Notes: generated from the sequence alone by a model not told the origin. A stretch of DNA of 64,000 nucleotides from Oligoflexales bacterium (GCA_044236265.1 JBIIGV010000002.1:13280-77279), one strand, 5' to 3'; numbered from the stretch's first letter, positions 42,052 to 55,231 are shown. Program-made: numbers and translations.

Positions 42052-42082
42052 AAAAGGGCCAGCGCCCAAGCGCCGGCCCTTT
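42051..42082 (-). terminator. Rho-independent terminator after atpE
   Basis: Minus strand GGGCCGGCGC-TTGG-GCGCTGGCCC-TTTTT. Confidence 0.85.
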
Positions 42083-42098
42083 CAAGTAATGGACTAAA

Positions 42099-42407
42099 TT
42101 ACTTTTGTAGCCACAGGAATGCGACTACGAAGCCCAAAAGAGCGGAAAGCTCGATGAAGGCCAAAGAGAGAAGCAGCGGAACGAAAACCGCGTCCTTGCT
42201 TCCTGGGTTTCTTGCGATACCTTCCAAAGCGGACCCAGCAGCCTTACCTTGACCACCGCTGGCACCGATTGCCGCAAGACCCATCGCTAAGGCCGAGCCA
42301 ATAGCAACCAAGCCACTAGAAGAAACGCTAGAAGCGTCGCCTTCCGCAAGAGCAACACCGCTTACCATTAAACCAGCTAGAACACCTGCAAATTTCAAAA
42401 ACTTCAC
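42099..42407 (-). CDS. atpE: ATP synthase F0 subunit c with N-terminal extension
   Basis: [17 protein letters not shown] and LAFIE (conserved Glu); GTG start. Confidence 0.96.
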   Translation of the reverse strand: MKFLKFAGVLAGLMVSGVALAEGDASSVSSSGLVAIGSALAMGLAAIGASGGQGKAAGSALEGIARNPGSKDAVFVPLLLSLAFIELSALLGFVVAFLWLQK

Positions 42408-42462
42408 AAAACACCTCTCATTAAAAAATAAAATCCGCTAAATAAATCTCAAAGAACCAAAC

Positions 42463-43242
42463 TTAGTGGTCGTGAGAAACAGCCAAAGAAATATAGACAC
42501 TCGTCAATAGAGTAAACAAATAGCTCTGCACGAGTGCTACGAGCAAACCGAAAAACATCAAACCAGAGGGAACAATGATATAGGGAACATTGGTCGAAAA
42601 AATGCTAACCAAAAGGTGGTCCGCAAAAATATTACTCATCAGACGCAAGCTTAGACTTAACGGACGAACAGAATGGCCAATAAGCTCTATTACAAACACC
42701 AGGGGCGCCACGGCTAACATCGGACCAGTAAATTGCTTCAAATAATGGAGACCGTGCTCCTTGAAACCAGCGAAGTTATAGATAACGAACACCATCAAAC
42801 CGACAGCTAAATTGTTGGAAAAGTTCTCCGTTGCCGGAATCACACCGGGAACCAAGCCTCCGATATTACTGACAAAAATATACATAAAAATGCCGGCCAG
42901 CAGAGGGGAATATGTTTTCCACTCAGACCCAAGGATGTCCTTGGCTAGGCCCACACACAGATCCATGGCAGATTCAACGGCAGTTCTCAATCCAAACCGA
43001 CCTTCCGGAACCACAACATCCCCAGCCGCCTGGACTCTAGATCTGTACACGACACCAATTAGAGACGTTACAAGCAACACAAAGAGGCCGCCTCCAATAA
43101 CAACAAAGCGCTCTTCGCTGTGTTGGTCGCCCCCAATAAGAGCGCGATGAAGCTCAGCATACCAATTTACGATACCGCCTGACGCCAATGCGGGTGACGC
43201 AAATCCTGTCAAAGTGAATAGCAAGCAAAGCAAACGAACCAT
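42463..43242 (-). CDS. atpB: ATP synthase F0 subunit a
   Basis: RPLSLSLRLMSNIFADH and VQSYLFTLLT..Y; ATG 43242 with a GGAG RBS. Confidence 0.96.
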   Translation of the reverse strand: MVRLLCLLFTLTGFASPALASGGIVNWYAELHRALIGGDQHSEERFVVIGGGLFVLLVTSLIGVVYRSRVQAAGDVVVPEGRFGLRTAVESAMDLCVGLAKDILGSEWKTYSPLLAGIFMYIFVSNIGGLVPGVIPATENFSNNLAVGLMVFVIYNFAGFKEHGLHYLKQFTGPMLAVAPLVFVIELIGHSVRPLSLSLRLMSNIFADHLLVSIFSTNVPYIIVPSGLMFFGLLVALVQSYLFTLLTSVYISLAVSHDH

Positions 43243-43308
43243 GAACCACTCCAAACCTACTGAAAGGTAGCCTAAATCACCTTATTTAAGACACTATGGT
43301 TTAGCGCA

Positions 43309-43713
43309 TCAACTCAATACTCTCAACGTTTTTTCACGTGAAATAAGCTCTCTGGCAACCAAAATAACTGTTACGCTTAAAAGCCCAAGGCTAATGCCGG
43401 ACACCAAAAACAAAACCGAAAATCCCCTATCAACAGCGATATAAATGATGGACAAAGGACCCAGAAACTTAACTACGAGCCAAAATATCCCACTCCTAAT
43501 CCCACCCTTCAAAGACTGCTGAAGCAAAACCTTACGCAAAAGCATCTCCAGGCCGGAAAAAGACAGTCCAAAAACGACAAGCCCCAAAGAAAGTGCCCGC
43601 CAATTAAATACTTCCAACCATGCCGAGAAAAAAATCGCCTGAAGAGCCGCCAATAGGAAATATAGGGGCCAAATAAAACCAACTAATAAAATTTTTGCTC
43701 TGTTTTTAATCAC
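43309..43713 (-). CDS. Membrane protein, probable AtpI
   Basis: Four hydrophobic segments; directly upstream of atpB. Confidence 0.55.
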   Translation of the reverse strand: MIKNRAKILLVGFIWPLYFLLAALQAIFFSAWLEVFNWRALSLGLVVFGLSFSGLEMLLRKVLLQQSLKGGIRSGIFWLVVKFLGPLSIIYIAVDRGFSVLFLVSGISLGLLSVTVILVARELISREKTLRVLS

Positions 43714-43936
43714 CAGTGGTTTTTTTTGAGTCGATTTTTACAATTAATACCAAAAATTTATAAACAGCATATCCACACAGTACCAACGAAAGTGGCATTG
43801 TTGCGATAATCCAATCGAAGCCCACTGAATACACAGAATTGAGATATTTTGAAAGATAAACACCGCCGACCAAAAAAATGACCAACTCAAAAGATAAAAA
43901 CATTAGATAACTAAAGCCCAATAAAAACTTTTTCAT
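43706..43936 (-). CDS. Small 2-TM protein, probable AtpZ/AtpI-family first gene of the atp operon
   Basis: ELVIFLVGGVYLSKYLN pattern, two TM segments, 8-bp overlap with the next gene. Confidence 0.55.
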   Translation of the reverse strand: MKKFLLGFSYLMFLSFELVIFLVGGVYLSKYLNSVYSVGFDWIIATMPLSLVLCGYAVYKFLVLIVKIDSKKTTGD

Positions 43937-43940
43937 AATC

Positions 43941-43949
43941 TGTGGATAA
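43941..43949 (-). promoter_or_regulatory. Perfect DnaA box in the atpZ/dnaA divergent region
   Basis: TGTGGATAA, which reads TTATCCACA on the minus strand. Confidence 0.75.
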
Positions 43950-44021
43950 CTCTAAAAAATCGATATTTCTAACACAATACAACTATCTAAAATCACAAGT
44001 AAAAATATCTTACATTGTCAC

Positions 44022-44050
44022 TTGCCCAAGGCAGGTCCCTTTGCTAACGT
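44022..44050 (+). promoter_or_regulatory. Probable dnaA promoter
   Basis: TTGCCC-N17-TAACGT with TGc extension; a second TAGAAT with GC-rich discriminator at 44071-84. Confidence 0.45.
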
Positions 44051-44117
44051 TCACGCACCAAAATCAACCGTAGAATGCGCCGCCCTAACATCGGCTAATT
44101 ATTTGTAGGTAAAACAT

Positions 44118-45500
44118 ATGCATCCAACCTCCTCGTTTACACCCTGGGACAATATCAAACAAGCTATCAAAGCACTTGTGCCAAATCAGGAATACACCAC
44201 ATGGGTCGCGCCGCTTGAGTGCGTCAACGTCACTGGAAACCAACTTCTAATCAAAGCTCCAAACATTCTCTTCTATCAGAGAATCCACGATTCCTACTTG
44301 CCACTCATTGAGAAAATTAAAACCGAGCTCGGTCTCGATCACTACTTTATTCAATTCGACACCCACAATCCAAGGCAAGACCTCCAAACTGACGAGATCT
44401 CCGAGGAAGAGAATCCCATCGACCCATCCTCGCAAGATATATCGACTTCGACAAAAAAGGTTTCGGCTGAAAGTTGTCTAAACCCAAATTACACCTTTCA
44501 AAATTTTGTTAAAGGTTCCAGCAACCAGTTTGCAATGTCCACTTGCCAAGCTGTGGCAAACAAACCTGGCCAATCATACAACCCGTTATTTATCTGTGGT
44601 AGTTCCGGTCTCGGTAAAACTCACCTACTTCATGCTGTTGGTAACGAAGTTCTCCGCCAAAATCCGACAGCAAATGTGGCGTACATCACCTCAGAACGAT
44701 TCATGAACGAAATGATCTATTGCATTCGTTTCGGCAAAACAATGGAGTTTCGACAGAAGTATCGTTCCTGCGACGTCCTGCTAATTGACGACGTCCAATT
44801 TATTTCTGGTGGCAAGAAAGCAACTCAGGAAGAGTTTTTTCACACATTCAACAGCCTGTACGGTGCCAAAAAGCAAATCGTCATGACATCGGACGTTTTG
44901 CCGCAAGCAATACCTGACATCGAAGATAGACTTCGAAATCGTTTCCAATGGGGACTGATTGCTGACATTCAACCACCTGATGTCGAACATCGGATAGCCA
45001 TCTTAACCAAGAAAGCTGAAGCTCTCGGTATAAAACTTGAATCAGACGTTGCCGAATACATTGCAAAGCACAAAAAGAAAGACATTCGCGAACTCGAGGG
45101 CGCAGTATTGAGACTTCGCGCTTTCAGCGAATTTGACAATGTCCCGATTACACTCAATTTAGCTCAAACGATATTTCAAGATTTCTTCGTCGCTGAATCA
45201 CCTAAAAAACTTTCAGTCGAAGACATACAAAAAACTGTGGCTGATCATTTTAAGATAAAAATCTCTGATCTGAAGTCCAAGAAAAAACACAGCGCAATTG
45301 CACACCCAAGGCAGATCGCTATGTTCCTGGCGCGCAAACTGACTCCAGCTTCCTTACCAGAACTGGGACAAAAATTTGGCGGCAAGGACCATACAACGGT
45401 GCTTCATAACGTTAAGAAAATCGAAGCCGCAATCGTATCGGACTTGGATCTGCGGGCCGTTGTAGACTCATTGCAACGCAATTTAGAGCATCTATCATGA
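44118..45500 (+). CDS. dnaA: Chromosomal replication initiator
   Basis: LNPNYTF.NFV, YNPLFI.G.SGLGKTHL, LIDDVQF, QEEFFHTFN and GGKDHTTV. Confidence 0.99.
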   Translation: MHPTSSFTPWDNIKQAIKALVPNQEYTTWVAPLECVNVTGNQLLIKAPNILFYQRIHDSYLPLIEKIKTELGLDHYFIQFDTHNPRQDLQTDEISEEENPIDPSSQDISTSTKKVSAESCLNPNYTFQNFVKGSSNQFAMSTCQAVANKPGQSYNPLFICGSSGLGKTHLLHAVGNEVLRQNPTANVAYITSERFMNEMIYCIRFGKTMEFRQKYRSCDVLLIDDVQFISGGKKATQEEFFHTFNSLYGAKKQIVMTSDVLPQAIPDIEDRLRNRFQWGLIADIQPPDVEHRIAILTKKAEALGIKLESDVAEYIAKHKKKDIRELEGAVLRLRAFSEFDNVPITLNLAQTIFQDFFVAESPKKLSVEDIQKTVADHFKIKISDLKSKKKHSAIAHPRQIAMFLARKLTPASLPELGQKFGGKDHTTVLHNVKKIEAAIVSDLDLRAVVDSLQRNLEHLS

Positions 45501-45775
45501 CAATGAATTGTGGATATCTTGTGTATTAGTCTTGTGAAAACCCTTGAATCGAATGTTGGCCGACAATGAACAGAATTTTGATGCCAGAAGTTTTCAAATA
45601 GAACTCAAAAAGAAACCGAAATGATTTCCAAAGACAAACCACAAGAAGAAATGCAGAAAAATCAATTAATAAAGATACTTAGAGAGATATCCACAAAACC
45701 AGAGCTGACATACTAAAACATATATCTAAAAGAAAATGACTTTAACCTAATATTGACCTCACAAAGGAAACTAAC
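45501..45775. other. oriC: Probable oriC (dnaA-dnaN intergenic region)
   Basis: Near-consensus DnaA boxes TGTGGATAT 45509-17, TGTGTATTA 45520-28, TGTGAAAAC 45533-41 and ATATCCACA 45687-95, followed by an AT-rich tract; parS 3.5 kb away; gene orientation diverges at dnaA. Confidence 0.75.
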
Positions 45776-46921
45776 ATGAACCTCAATTTGAAAATAGATC
45801 GCAACCTCCTTGGCTTGGCAATGAATCGGGTCCAAGGCGCTATGGCTGAAAGAAATCTGGCACACGTCGGACTGAACGCCCGGAAGGGAAGGCTTCATGT
45901 AGCAGCCGCGGACCAGGCTTTAGCGATATTCAATGATTTCCCATGTGAGATTAAGAGCGAGGGACTCGTTTTTGTTCCTGCCAAAATCTTTTCAGATTTA
46001 ACGAGAGAATTACCAGAAGGCCTTGTTCAGCTGGAAAAAGATGGTGCCAATCTCAAAGTCACCGCCGGCCCAAACAAAGAATTCACGATGAAACTTCCAC
46101 TTATCGAGGACGTTCAATGGCGAGACTCTCCATCGGTTGAATATGAAAATACGGCTAGTATATCCGTGTCCAAGCTGGCCTACATGATTGAACAAGTCGG
46201 TAGCTGTGTTGCGACTGATTCCCCTCGTAACTACGGCACGGTTGCCTTCATGCACCGCCCATCAACTGATAAATCTGCTTTAAGACTTGTTGGTACCGAC
46301 TCTTTTAGACTGTCGTATTGTGATATCCGAGTGGATATGCCGGATGCCTTCTTAAAAACGGGTGTCAGCCTAACCAAGAGAGCTCTTCAAGAACTCTCGA
46401 AACTGGCCTCTGAGGGATTTGAACAGGTAAAATTAAGCATTTCTGATGACCAAACCACCTTGGTTGCGGAGGTTCCAAACTTCCAAATCTTCGTAAGATT
46501 GTCTGCAGTGAAGTACCCGAATTATTCTTCGGTGATACCTGATCTTAAACAACGTGGTGTATTAGTAAGCACAAACCACATGAAAGGCGTCGCACGCCGC
46601 GTGTTGCTAGCCGCTGATAAAAGCAGGGTTTTACAGTTGAGCTTTTCCGATTCATCACTTACCCTTAGTTCGAAGAATACCGCGAACTCTGAGGGCAAAG
46701 AACGAATTGGCCTTGAAGGGTATCATGGCGCAAAATGTGACATTGCGATAAACGGAAAATATATTACCGATATTGTAAATGTAACTGGCGCTGAAAAGAT
46801 GTCTTTGCAATTTAAGGACGCGGTAGAGCCAATCGTCCTGACACCTTATGGTGAGCCGACAGATTGTGCCACAAGACATATCCTCGTTCCTATTACCGGT
46901 GGAGCTGAAGCTCACGCGTAA
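45776..46921 (+). CDS. dnaN: DNA polymerase III beta sliding clamp
   Basis: VPAKIF.D..RELP, VGTDSFRL, YPNYSSVIP, INGKY..D and ILVPI; between dnaA and gyrB. Confidence 0.9.
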   Translation: MNLNLKIDRNLLGLAMNRVQGAMAERNLAHVGLNARKGRLHVAAADQALAIFNDFPCEIKSEGLVFVPAKIFSDLTRELPEGLVQLEKDGANLKVTAGPNKEFTMKLPLIEDVQWRDSPSVEYENTASISVSKLAYMIEQVGSCVATDSPRNYGTVAFMHRPSTDKSALRLVGTDSFRLSYCDIRVDMPDAFLKTGVSLTKRALQELSKLASEGFEQVKLSISDDQTTLVAEVPNFQIFVRLSAVKYPNYSSVIPDLKQRGVLVSTNHMKGVARRVLLAADKSRVLQLSFSDSSLTLSSKNTANSEGKERIGLEGYHGAKCDIAINGKYITDIVNVTGAEKMSLQFKDAVEPIVLTPYGEPTDCATRHILVPITGGAEAHA

Positions 46922-46986
46922 CAGGGATGAGGCGTTTTCGTGTTTTCGGTTGAAACAAAATTAGCTCAAAACTTTTCGCAAAGTGA

Positions 46987-49524
<2,538 letters not shown>

Positions 49525-49554
49525 GCGGCTACCACTCGCTTAAAGGAATAAATC

Positions 49555-52005
49555 ATGGATCAATCAAATAGTGTGATTCCAATTAAAATCGAAGAAGAGA
49601 TGCGAACCGCGTTTCTCGATTACTCGATGTCGGTCATCGTTTCGCGCGCACTTCCAGACGTCCGCGATGGCTTAAAGCCCGTTCACCGCCGCATCTTGTT
49701 TGCGATGCATAATTTAAAAAACTTTCACAACCGCCCATACCTTAAAAGCGCCCGTGTTGTCGGGGAAGTTATCGGCCGGTTCCATCCGCATGGCGATAGT
49801 CCTGTGTATGAGGCGATGGTCCGATTGGCTCAAAATTTTGCGATGCGGTACACCCTGATCGATGGCCAAGGAAATTTCGGATCTATCGACGGCGATTCAG
49901 CGGCCGCGATGCGTTACACCGAGTGTCGTTTGGAAGAAGTAGCGGAATTGCTACTTAGCGACATTGATAAGGAAACGGTTGATTTCGGTCCAAACTATGA
50001 CAACAAGGAGGAAGAGCCACTTGTTCTTCCCACAAGGCTGCCGCAACTGTTGGTGAATGGAGCATCCGGGATTGCCGTAGGTATGGCGACGAATATTCCT
50101 CCTCACAATTTAGGTGAGGTGCTGGATGCTTTGCTCGCTCTAATAGAAAATCCGTCCCTGCGCATCGAAGAGCTCATGACTTATGTCAAGGGCCCAGACT
50201 TTCCAACAAAGGGCCAGATTGTTGGCATTGCTGGAATTCGCGAAGCGTTTATGACTGGTCGCGGATCAGTTATCATGAGGTCCAAATCCCATGTGGAGCC
50301 TGTGCCCAAGTCTCAGGGCAAGGAACAAATCATAGTTACGGAAATCCCATACCAGGTGAACAAAGCTCGTCTTATCGAAAGAATTGCAGACCTGGTTCGT
50401 GAAAAGAAAATCGAAGGAATTTCCGATCTTCGTGATGAATCTGCTGAAGACGACATTCGCGTCGTGATTGAGCTAAAAAAGGGAGAAATCCCGGATATCG
50501 TCTTAAATAATCTTTATAAGCTTACGCCGATGCAAACTAGCTTTGGTGTGAATGCCGTTGCCCTCGTCAACGGGGCGCCAAAGATTTTAAACCTCAAACA
50601 GATGCTGGAGCAATTTTATCTCCACCGCCGCGAAGTGATCGTTCGTAAGACGGCCTACGAGCTTCGTCAGGCCGAGGCCCGCGGGCATATTTTGCTTGGC
50701 TTAAAAATAGCGGTCGAAAATATCGACGAAGTAGTCCGAACCATTCGCGGGGCAACTGATACCGATGCGGCTCATCAAGATTTGGTTGCGAGATTCAAGC
50801 TTTCCGACACTCAGGCCAAAGCCATCCTGGAGATGAGACTTGCAAAACTTACGGGCCTTGAGCGCGACAAGATAATTGCCGAATATAACGAGACCATGGC
50901 ACTCATAGCCGACTTGCAAGACATCTTAGCGTCTCCAGCCCGCGTTACCAAGATCATCAAAGATGACTTTGAAGATCTTCGCACGCGATTTGCCGATGAG
51001 CGTAAGACGGAAATCATCGCCGATGCCGCTGATGAGCTAACCATGGAAAGCCTCGTTGCCGACGAGGAGGTCGCGGTCACCATTTCTCAAGCTGGTTATA
51101 TAAAGCGTACTCCGATTGTGGAGATCCGCGCCCAAAAGCGAGGTGGCAAAGGCAAGAGCGGAATGCTCACCAAAGAAGAAGACATGGTGAAAAGTCTATT
51201 TATGACTAGCAACCACCAGTCTCTCCTTTGCTTCACAAATACCGGTCGAGTCTACGACATAAAAGTATACCAAGTTCCAGAGCTCCCTTTACGCAGCAAA
51301 GGCAAGCATTTCGCAAACCTCATCAAGCTTGATGAGGGCGAGCGAGTTGTAAGTGTGTTGCCAGTCAAGGAATTCTCTGATGGCAAATTCATTATCAGCG
51401 CAACGGCTCAGGGCTATGTTAAGAAAACCGAGCTAATGGCATACGACAATATTCGCACGACTGGAATTATCGGTCTCAAACTTGAAGATAAAGACGAACT
51501 GATTGGTTGTGCGATTTCTACCGGTAAGAACGATGTTGTCATGGCGACTAAACAAGGCAAAGCGATTCGCTTTAACGAGGATGAAATCCGACCCATGGGT
51601 AGAAGCGCTCGCGGCGTGACGGGAATCCGTTTTGGTGAAGAGGATGATCATGTTATCGGCCTAGAGGTCATCGATGCTGAGTCAACAATTTTAACGGTAT
51701 GTGAAAATGGCTACGGCAAGCGCAGCCCACTTGACGAATATCGCCAGCAGACTCGTGGCGGTAAAGGGATCTACACCATTAAGCTAAGTGATCGAAATGG
51801 ATTCGTTGTCAGCATCTTGCAAGTCGCCGATGCCGATGACGTGATGATCATGACAACAGGCGGCAAGATCGTAAGATTTAACGTTCAAGAGCTTGGCGTC
51901 ATCAGTCGACATACCCAGGGCGTTCGCTTGATTAACGTTGATGAGGGCGAAAAAGTGATTGGCGTTTGTAAAGTCGTCAAATTTGAAGGCGAGGAAGTTG
52001 GCTAA
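49555..52005 (+). CDS. gyrA: DNA gyrase subunit A
   Basis: [25 protein letters not shown] and GyrA box QKRGGKG. Confidence 0.99.
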   Translation: MDQSNSVIPIKIEEEMRTAFLDYSMSVIVSRALPDVRDGLKPVHRRILFAMHNLKNFHNRPYLKSARVVGEVIGRFHPHGDSPVYEAMVRLAQNFAMRYTLIDGQGNFGSIDGDSAAAMRYTECRLEEVAELLLSDIDKETVDFGPNYDNKEEEPLVLPTRLPQLLVNGASGIAVGMATNIPPHNLGEVLDALLALIENPSLRIEELMTYVKGPDFPTKGQIVGIAGIREAFMTGRGSVIMRSKSHVEPVPKSQGKEQIIVTEIPYQVNKARLIERIADLVREKKIEGISDLRDESAEDDIRVVIELKKGEIPDIVLNNLYKLTPMQTSFGVNAVALVNGAPKILNLKQMLEQFYLHRREVIVRKTAYELRQAEARGHILLGLKIAVENIDEVVRTIRGATDTDAAHQDLVARFKLSDTQAKAILEMRLAKLTGLERDKIIAEYNETMALIADLQDILASPARVTKIIKDDFEDLRTRFADERKTEIIADAADELTMESLVADEEVAVTISQAGYIKRTPIVEIRAQKRGGKGKSGMLTKEEDMVKSLFMTSNHQSLLCFTNTGRVYDIKVYQVPELPLRSKGKHFANLIKLDEGERVVSVLPVKEFSDGKFIISATAQGYVKKTELMAYDNIRTTGIIGLKLEDKDELIGCAISTGKNDVVMATKQGKAIRFNEDEIRPMGRSARGVTGIRFGEEDDHVIGLEVIDAESTILTVCENGYGKRSPLDEYRQQTRGGKGIYTIKLSDRNGFVVSILQVADADDVMIMTTGGKIVRFNVQELGVISRHTQGVRLINVDEGEKVIGVCKVVKFEGEEVG

Positions 52006-53026
52006 CCTCGAAGAAATCAGCAGGCGCTATGAAGCCGCAGGATTGTACACCCATGTGTACGCCTCCTGCGGCTTTTTAAATGAATCAAAGCCAAGATTCA
52101 AATGGTCCAAGTTACCCGACGGACGTAGTGTTTTTGATCTGGCAAGCTTAACCAAGGCTCTGGTCACAACGCCCCTGGCCATTTTAAGCTGTGATGAGAT
52201 TAAGAAAGACCCGCATGAGGCTAGCGTTTTACAAGCCTTCGGGGACGGCACAGTCAATAGGCCTGGGTTTGATTTATTTGTAGATACCAAGGTTTCTACC
52301 CTGCTTCGGCACGAGTCTGGTTTGCCAGCGTGGAGAAATTTCTATGTTGAATGTGAGGGCAAGCGTCAATCGCTGGCGGACATTTTATTACGCGCACGGC
52401 CTAGTCCTGATCGCGGAAGTTTGTCTGATGTATATAGCGACGTCGGATTTATTTTTTTGGGCCAATTAATCGAGTCGCAGCGACAAAAAAAGCTGATCGA
52501 TATCTGGTTTGATTATTGTAAGGAACTTGGAATACTGGCGCGCCCCGTCTTGGGACTTGGTTCGGCTTTCGCCTCGGAAAATTTAATCTCGACTGGGTTT
52601 TGTCCGGTCCGCGGACGCAATCTTTTGGGCGATGTTCACGATGAGAATTGTTGGGCTTTGGGTGGTTTTGCCGGCCACGCGGGACTATTTGGAACAGGTG
52701 AAGGAATCGAGGAGTTTCTGCATGGTCTTTGGCGGAGTCCTCGTGGTCGTAGAGTCTTTACGCTCAACTTCAGTGAGGCGTCTTCATCTGGAGAGTCTTT
52801 AATGGGTTGGCGAAAGGGGCGCGACGAATCAGCCCGAACCTTTGCCGAGGGACGAGGTTGTGGTCATATGGGCTTCACAGGCACAGCGTTCTGGGTCGAC
52901 CCGAAAACAGAAGCTTACGCCATTGTTTTAACAAACAGAGTGATTTCTGGACGAATCTCGTCTCTCATGAAGTCGTTTCGCTCTGAAGCTTTCGGCGCGC
53001 TTTGGGAAAAGCTAAAGACATGCTAG
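51998..53026 (+). CDS. Serine hydrolase, beta-lactamase/AmpC-like family
   Basis: FDLASLTK (SxxK), [23 protein letters not shown] and GHMGFTGT. Probable TTG start overlapping the gyrA stop. Confidence 0.88.
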   Translation: MANLEEISRRYEAAGLYTHVYASCGFLNESKPRFKWSKLPDGRSVFDLASLTKALVTTPLAILSCDEIKKDPHEASVLQAFGDGTVNRPGFDLFVDTKVSTLLRHESGLPAWRNFYVECEGKRQSLADILLRARPSPDRGSLSDVYSDVGFIFLGQLIESQRQKKLIDIWFDYCKELGILARPVLGLGSAFASENLISTGFCPVRGRNLLGDVHDENCWALGGFAGHAGLFGTGEGIEEFLHGLWRSPRGRRVFTLNFSEASSSGESLMGWRKGRDESARTFAEGRGCGHMGFTGTAFWVDPKTEAYAIVLTNRVISGRISSLMKSFRSEAFGALWEKLKTC

Positions 53027-54135
53027 CCAGTTCCGACAAGGGTCAGAGCTGCCTGATTATCGGCGCAGGTCTTGCTGGTCTGACTGTGGCGTTGGAGCTT
53101 GCTCGACGGGGGGCTGGCGTTACTCTGGTGTCTCCTCCGGATGATCCTATTTGCGCTTCGAATGCAGCTCACGGAATTTCTACCATCAAAGGAATACTTG
53201 AAAGTGATTCAAAGCTTTTTGGTCTCAAACTTGAGGGGCACCGTGGATTTGATGCTTGGCTTACAAAATTAGAAGAAGAGATTGGAAAAAAACGCCCACT
53301 TGATGTGTGGCGAAAGGGTGTCGAAGAAAATTTTCCTACGACTTACCTGTTCAAAAAAGAATTTGGTCGGATATATCGAAAAGATTTTATTGGAGCAAAA
53401 CAAGTGCAGTGGCTTCGTAAAGAAGATGACTGTTTTGCGTCCGTAAAATACCCCGGTGATTGGTGGATCAATCCTAGGTATTTATTAGATACCTTACATG
53501 AAGGACTTACACGTTTGCGGGTTAAGAAAATCTCGGCCAATGTCCAGAGCGTGGTCCTCGGGGCAGACGGTGTGAGCGCACGAATGTTAGACGGAGACTT
53601 GTCCTCTCAGGCAGCAGTTATCTGTGCAGGCGCCGGAGTTCCGTCATTGGTTGAGAGATCAGGCCTAGAGACGATAGAGAAACTGTACGGCGTTTCAGGT
53701 TTTACTTTTGGTGCTTCAACAAACATTGATCGTCAAACGGCACTCGTAAAAGGGACATCCGGAGTGACACAGGTTGGTCGAGAAATTTTTTGGGGCTCAA
53801 CGAGTGATCCTGCTTTTTTGATCGATGGCGGTGATTCCGTTCCAGAAAGCGCTAAACTTGATGCCAGGAAGTGTCGAGAACTAGGAAAAAAAACTCTTCA
53901 TGAGATTTTTCCTGTAGCGGCTTGCGATACACTAACTGAATTTTCTGTAAAATGGGGCGTGAGGACTCGCACCAGACATCGTTCACCACTTGTCGAGCGG
54001 GTTGTAAAAAACAACGCTGGATCAATTTGGGTCAACACTGGCTACTATAAAAGCGGCATCATTTTATCTTGGCTTATGGCGGAAAAATTAGCCGAAGCTA
54101 TAATCTCTGGACACCCATACTCTTCCAGTCACTAA
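53020..54135 (+). CDS. FAD-dependent oxidoreductase (DAO/glycine oxidase/MnmC-C-terminal-like)
   Basis: IIGAGLAG, ICAGAG, GVR.RT...PLV and TGYYKSG. Confidence 0.8.
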   Translation: MLASSDKGQSCLIIGAGLAGLTVALELARRGAGVTLVSPPDDPICASNAAHGISTIKGILESDSKLFGLKLEGHRGFDAWLTKLEEEIGKKRPLDVWRKGVEENFPTTYLFKKEFGRIYRKDFIGAKQVQWLRKEDDCFASVKYPGDWWINPRYLLDTLHEGLTRLRVKKISANVQSVVLGADGVSARMLDGDLSSQAAVICAGAGVPSLVERSGLETIEKLYGVSGFTFGASTNIDRQTALVKGTSGVTQVGREIFWGSTSDPAFLIDGGDSVPESAKLDARKCRELGKKTLHEIFPVAACDTLTEFSVKWGVRTRTRHRSPLVERVVKNNAGSIWVNTGYYKSGIILSWLMAEKLAEAIISGHPYSSSH

Positions 54136-55231
54136 CTCTGACGGCCCAGCGCTCTCGATCCATAGCCTGCCAAGAGTCGATTCTAATAGTTCCCCAGAGT
54201 CTACTGTTCGCCGGTATTTTTGCGACCAAATCAGATGGAACTGTAATTTTCATCGACGCAGCAGGGGCGGTACAGGTGATTCCGGGAAAAGTTCCCATCG
54301 GAGCGATGGTCAGAGTGGCAACAGAGTTTTTAGCGTCGCCGGCGAGAGTCCATGAGGCCACCATCGTAGATCCTCCGCTAACTTTAATAGCTGGGGGATC
54401 AATGTCTTCTAGGCCATCGTCATTTGCCTCGGCTTGTTCTCGTCCTGAAAATATTGAAGACGCCATCAGGGTGGGCCTTGCTAGTCTTATCCGTCCAAAG
54501 CCCTCCGTCGACCTTGCCGTGATGTTCCACTCGCTGCTTTGTCGCTGTACCGAGGAGAAGGTCCCTCCGAGAGCATTTGGTGAAACTCTGGATGTAGTTG
54601 CGTGAATAAATCCGCGACTAGTCGCACTTTGTAATACAAGTGCGCCCTTGGTCATCGGATTTACTTGCATGTTTGCGTCGCTAAGAGCGCACTGTTGCCC
54701 ATTAGACGAAATGCTTTTTGCGACCAGCTCTGAGGGCTGAGCACTTGAGGCAACTGACACGAGGTCCATCCTGGCAGCGCCCATATCGACAAAAACCATA
54801 TTGACCGCATTCGCGCCGGCGGAGGGAAGGGCCTCAGGCAATGTCATGACGGTTGCGCTTGTCTCGGACAGTTTTGCAGGCCAGATACGAAGAATAATCG
54901 TCACAAGCTGATCTTTTGGTAATCCGGTAATGGTCTCGGAGAATTTCGTGGCGGAACTGTTTGCACACGGATTGGGCGTTTCGCTTGATCTTTGCCCAGA
55001 AGCTGGAACAAAAAAACCTAATTTGCAACTAGCGGCCTCTCTAGTGTCGAAACTTAAGATAATGGACGTGCCGTCGTTTGCCCGTTCAAGGCTTATGGAG
55101 TCCTGTATGACAATTCCATTATCTTTTGATCCAAGTCGGCGAGGAGCTTTGATGGGTGCCACCAATTTACAAGAGACAAGCTCAACTGCAAAAAGTAGAG
55201 CAAAAAACCTGTATGTTCTCGTTTTAAACAT
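54098..55231 (-). CDS. Hypothetical lipoprotein
   Basis: 377-aa ORF with a lipobox-like LVSC after a hydrophobic segment; beta-rich; 38-bp convergent overlap with the oxidoreductase. Confidence 0.65.
   Translation of the reverse strand: MFKTRTYRFFALLFAVELVSCKLVAPIKAPRRLGSKDNGIVIQDSISLERANDGTSIILSFDTREAASCKLGFFVPASGQRSSETPNPCANSSATKFSETITGLPKDQLVTIILRIWPAKLSETSATVMTLPEALPSAGANAVNMVFVDMGAARMDLVSVASSAQPSELVAKSISSNGQQCALSDANMQVNPMTKGALVLQSATSRGFIHATTSRVSPNALGGTFSSVQRQSSEWNITARSTEGFGRIRLARPTLMASSIFSGREQAEANDDGLEDIDPPAIKVSGGSTMVASWTLAGDAKNSVATLTIAPMGTFPGITCTAPAASMKITVPSDLVAKIPANSRLWGTIRIDSWQAMDRERWAVRVSDWKSMGVQRL

Noticed and set aside
43330..43345. Degenerate parS-like site TTTTTCACGTGAAATA, and TGCGTCACGTGAAACA at 34248-63
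   Set aside because: Each has two mismatches and lies inside coding sequence; cannot be separated from chance without ChIP data.
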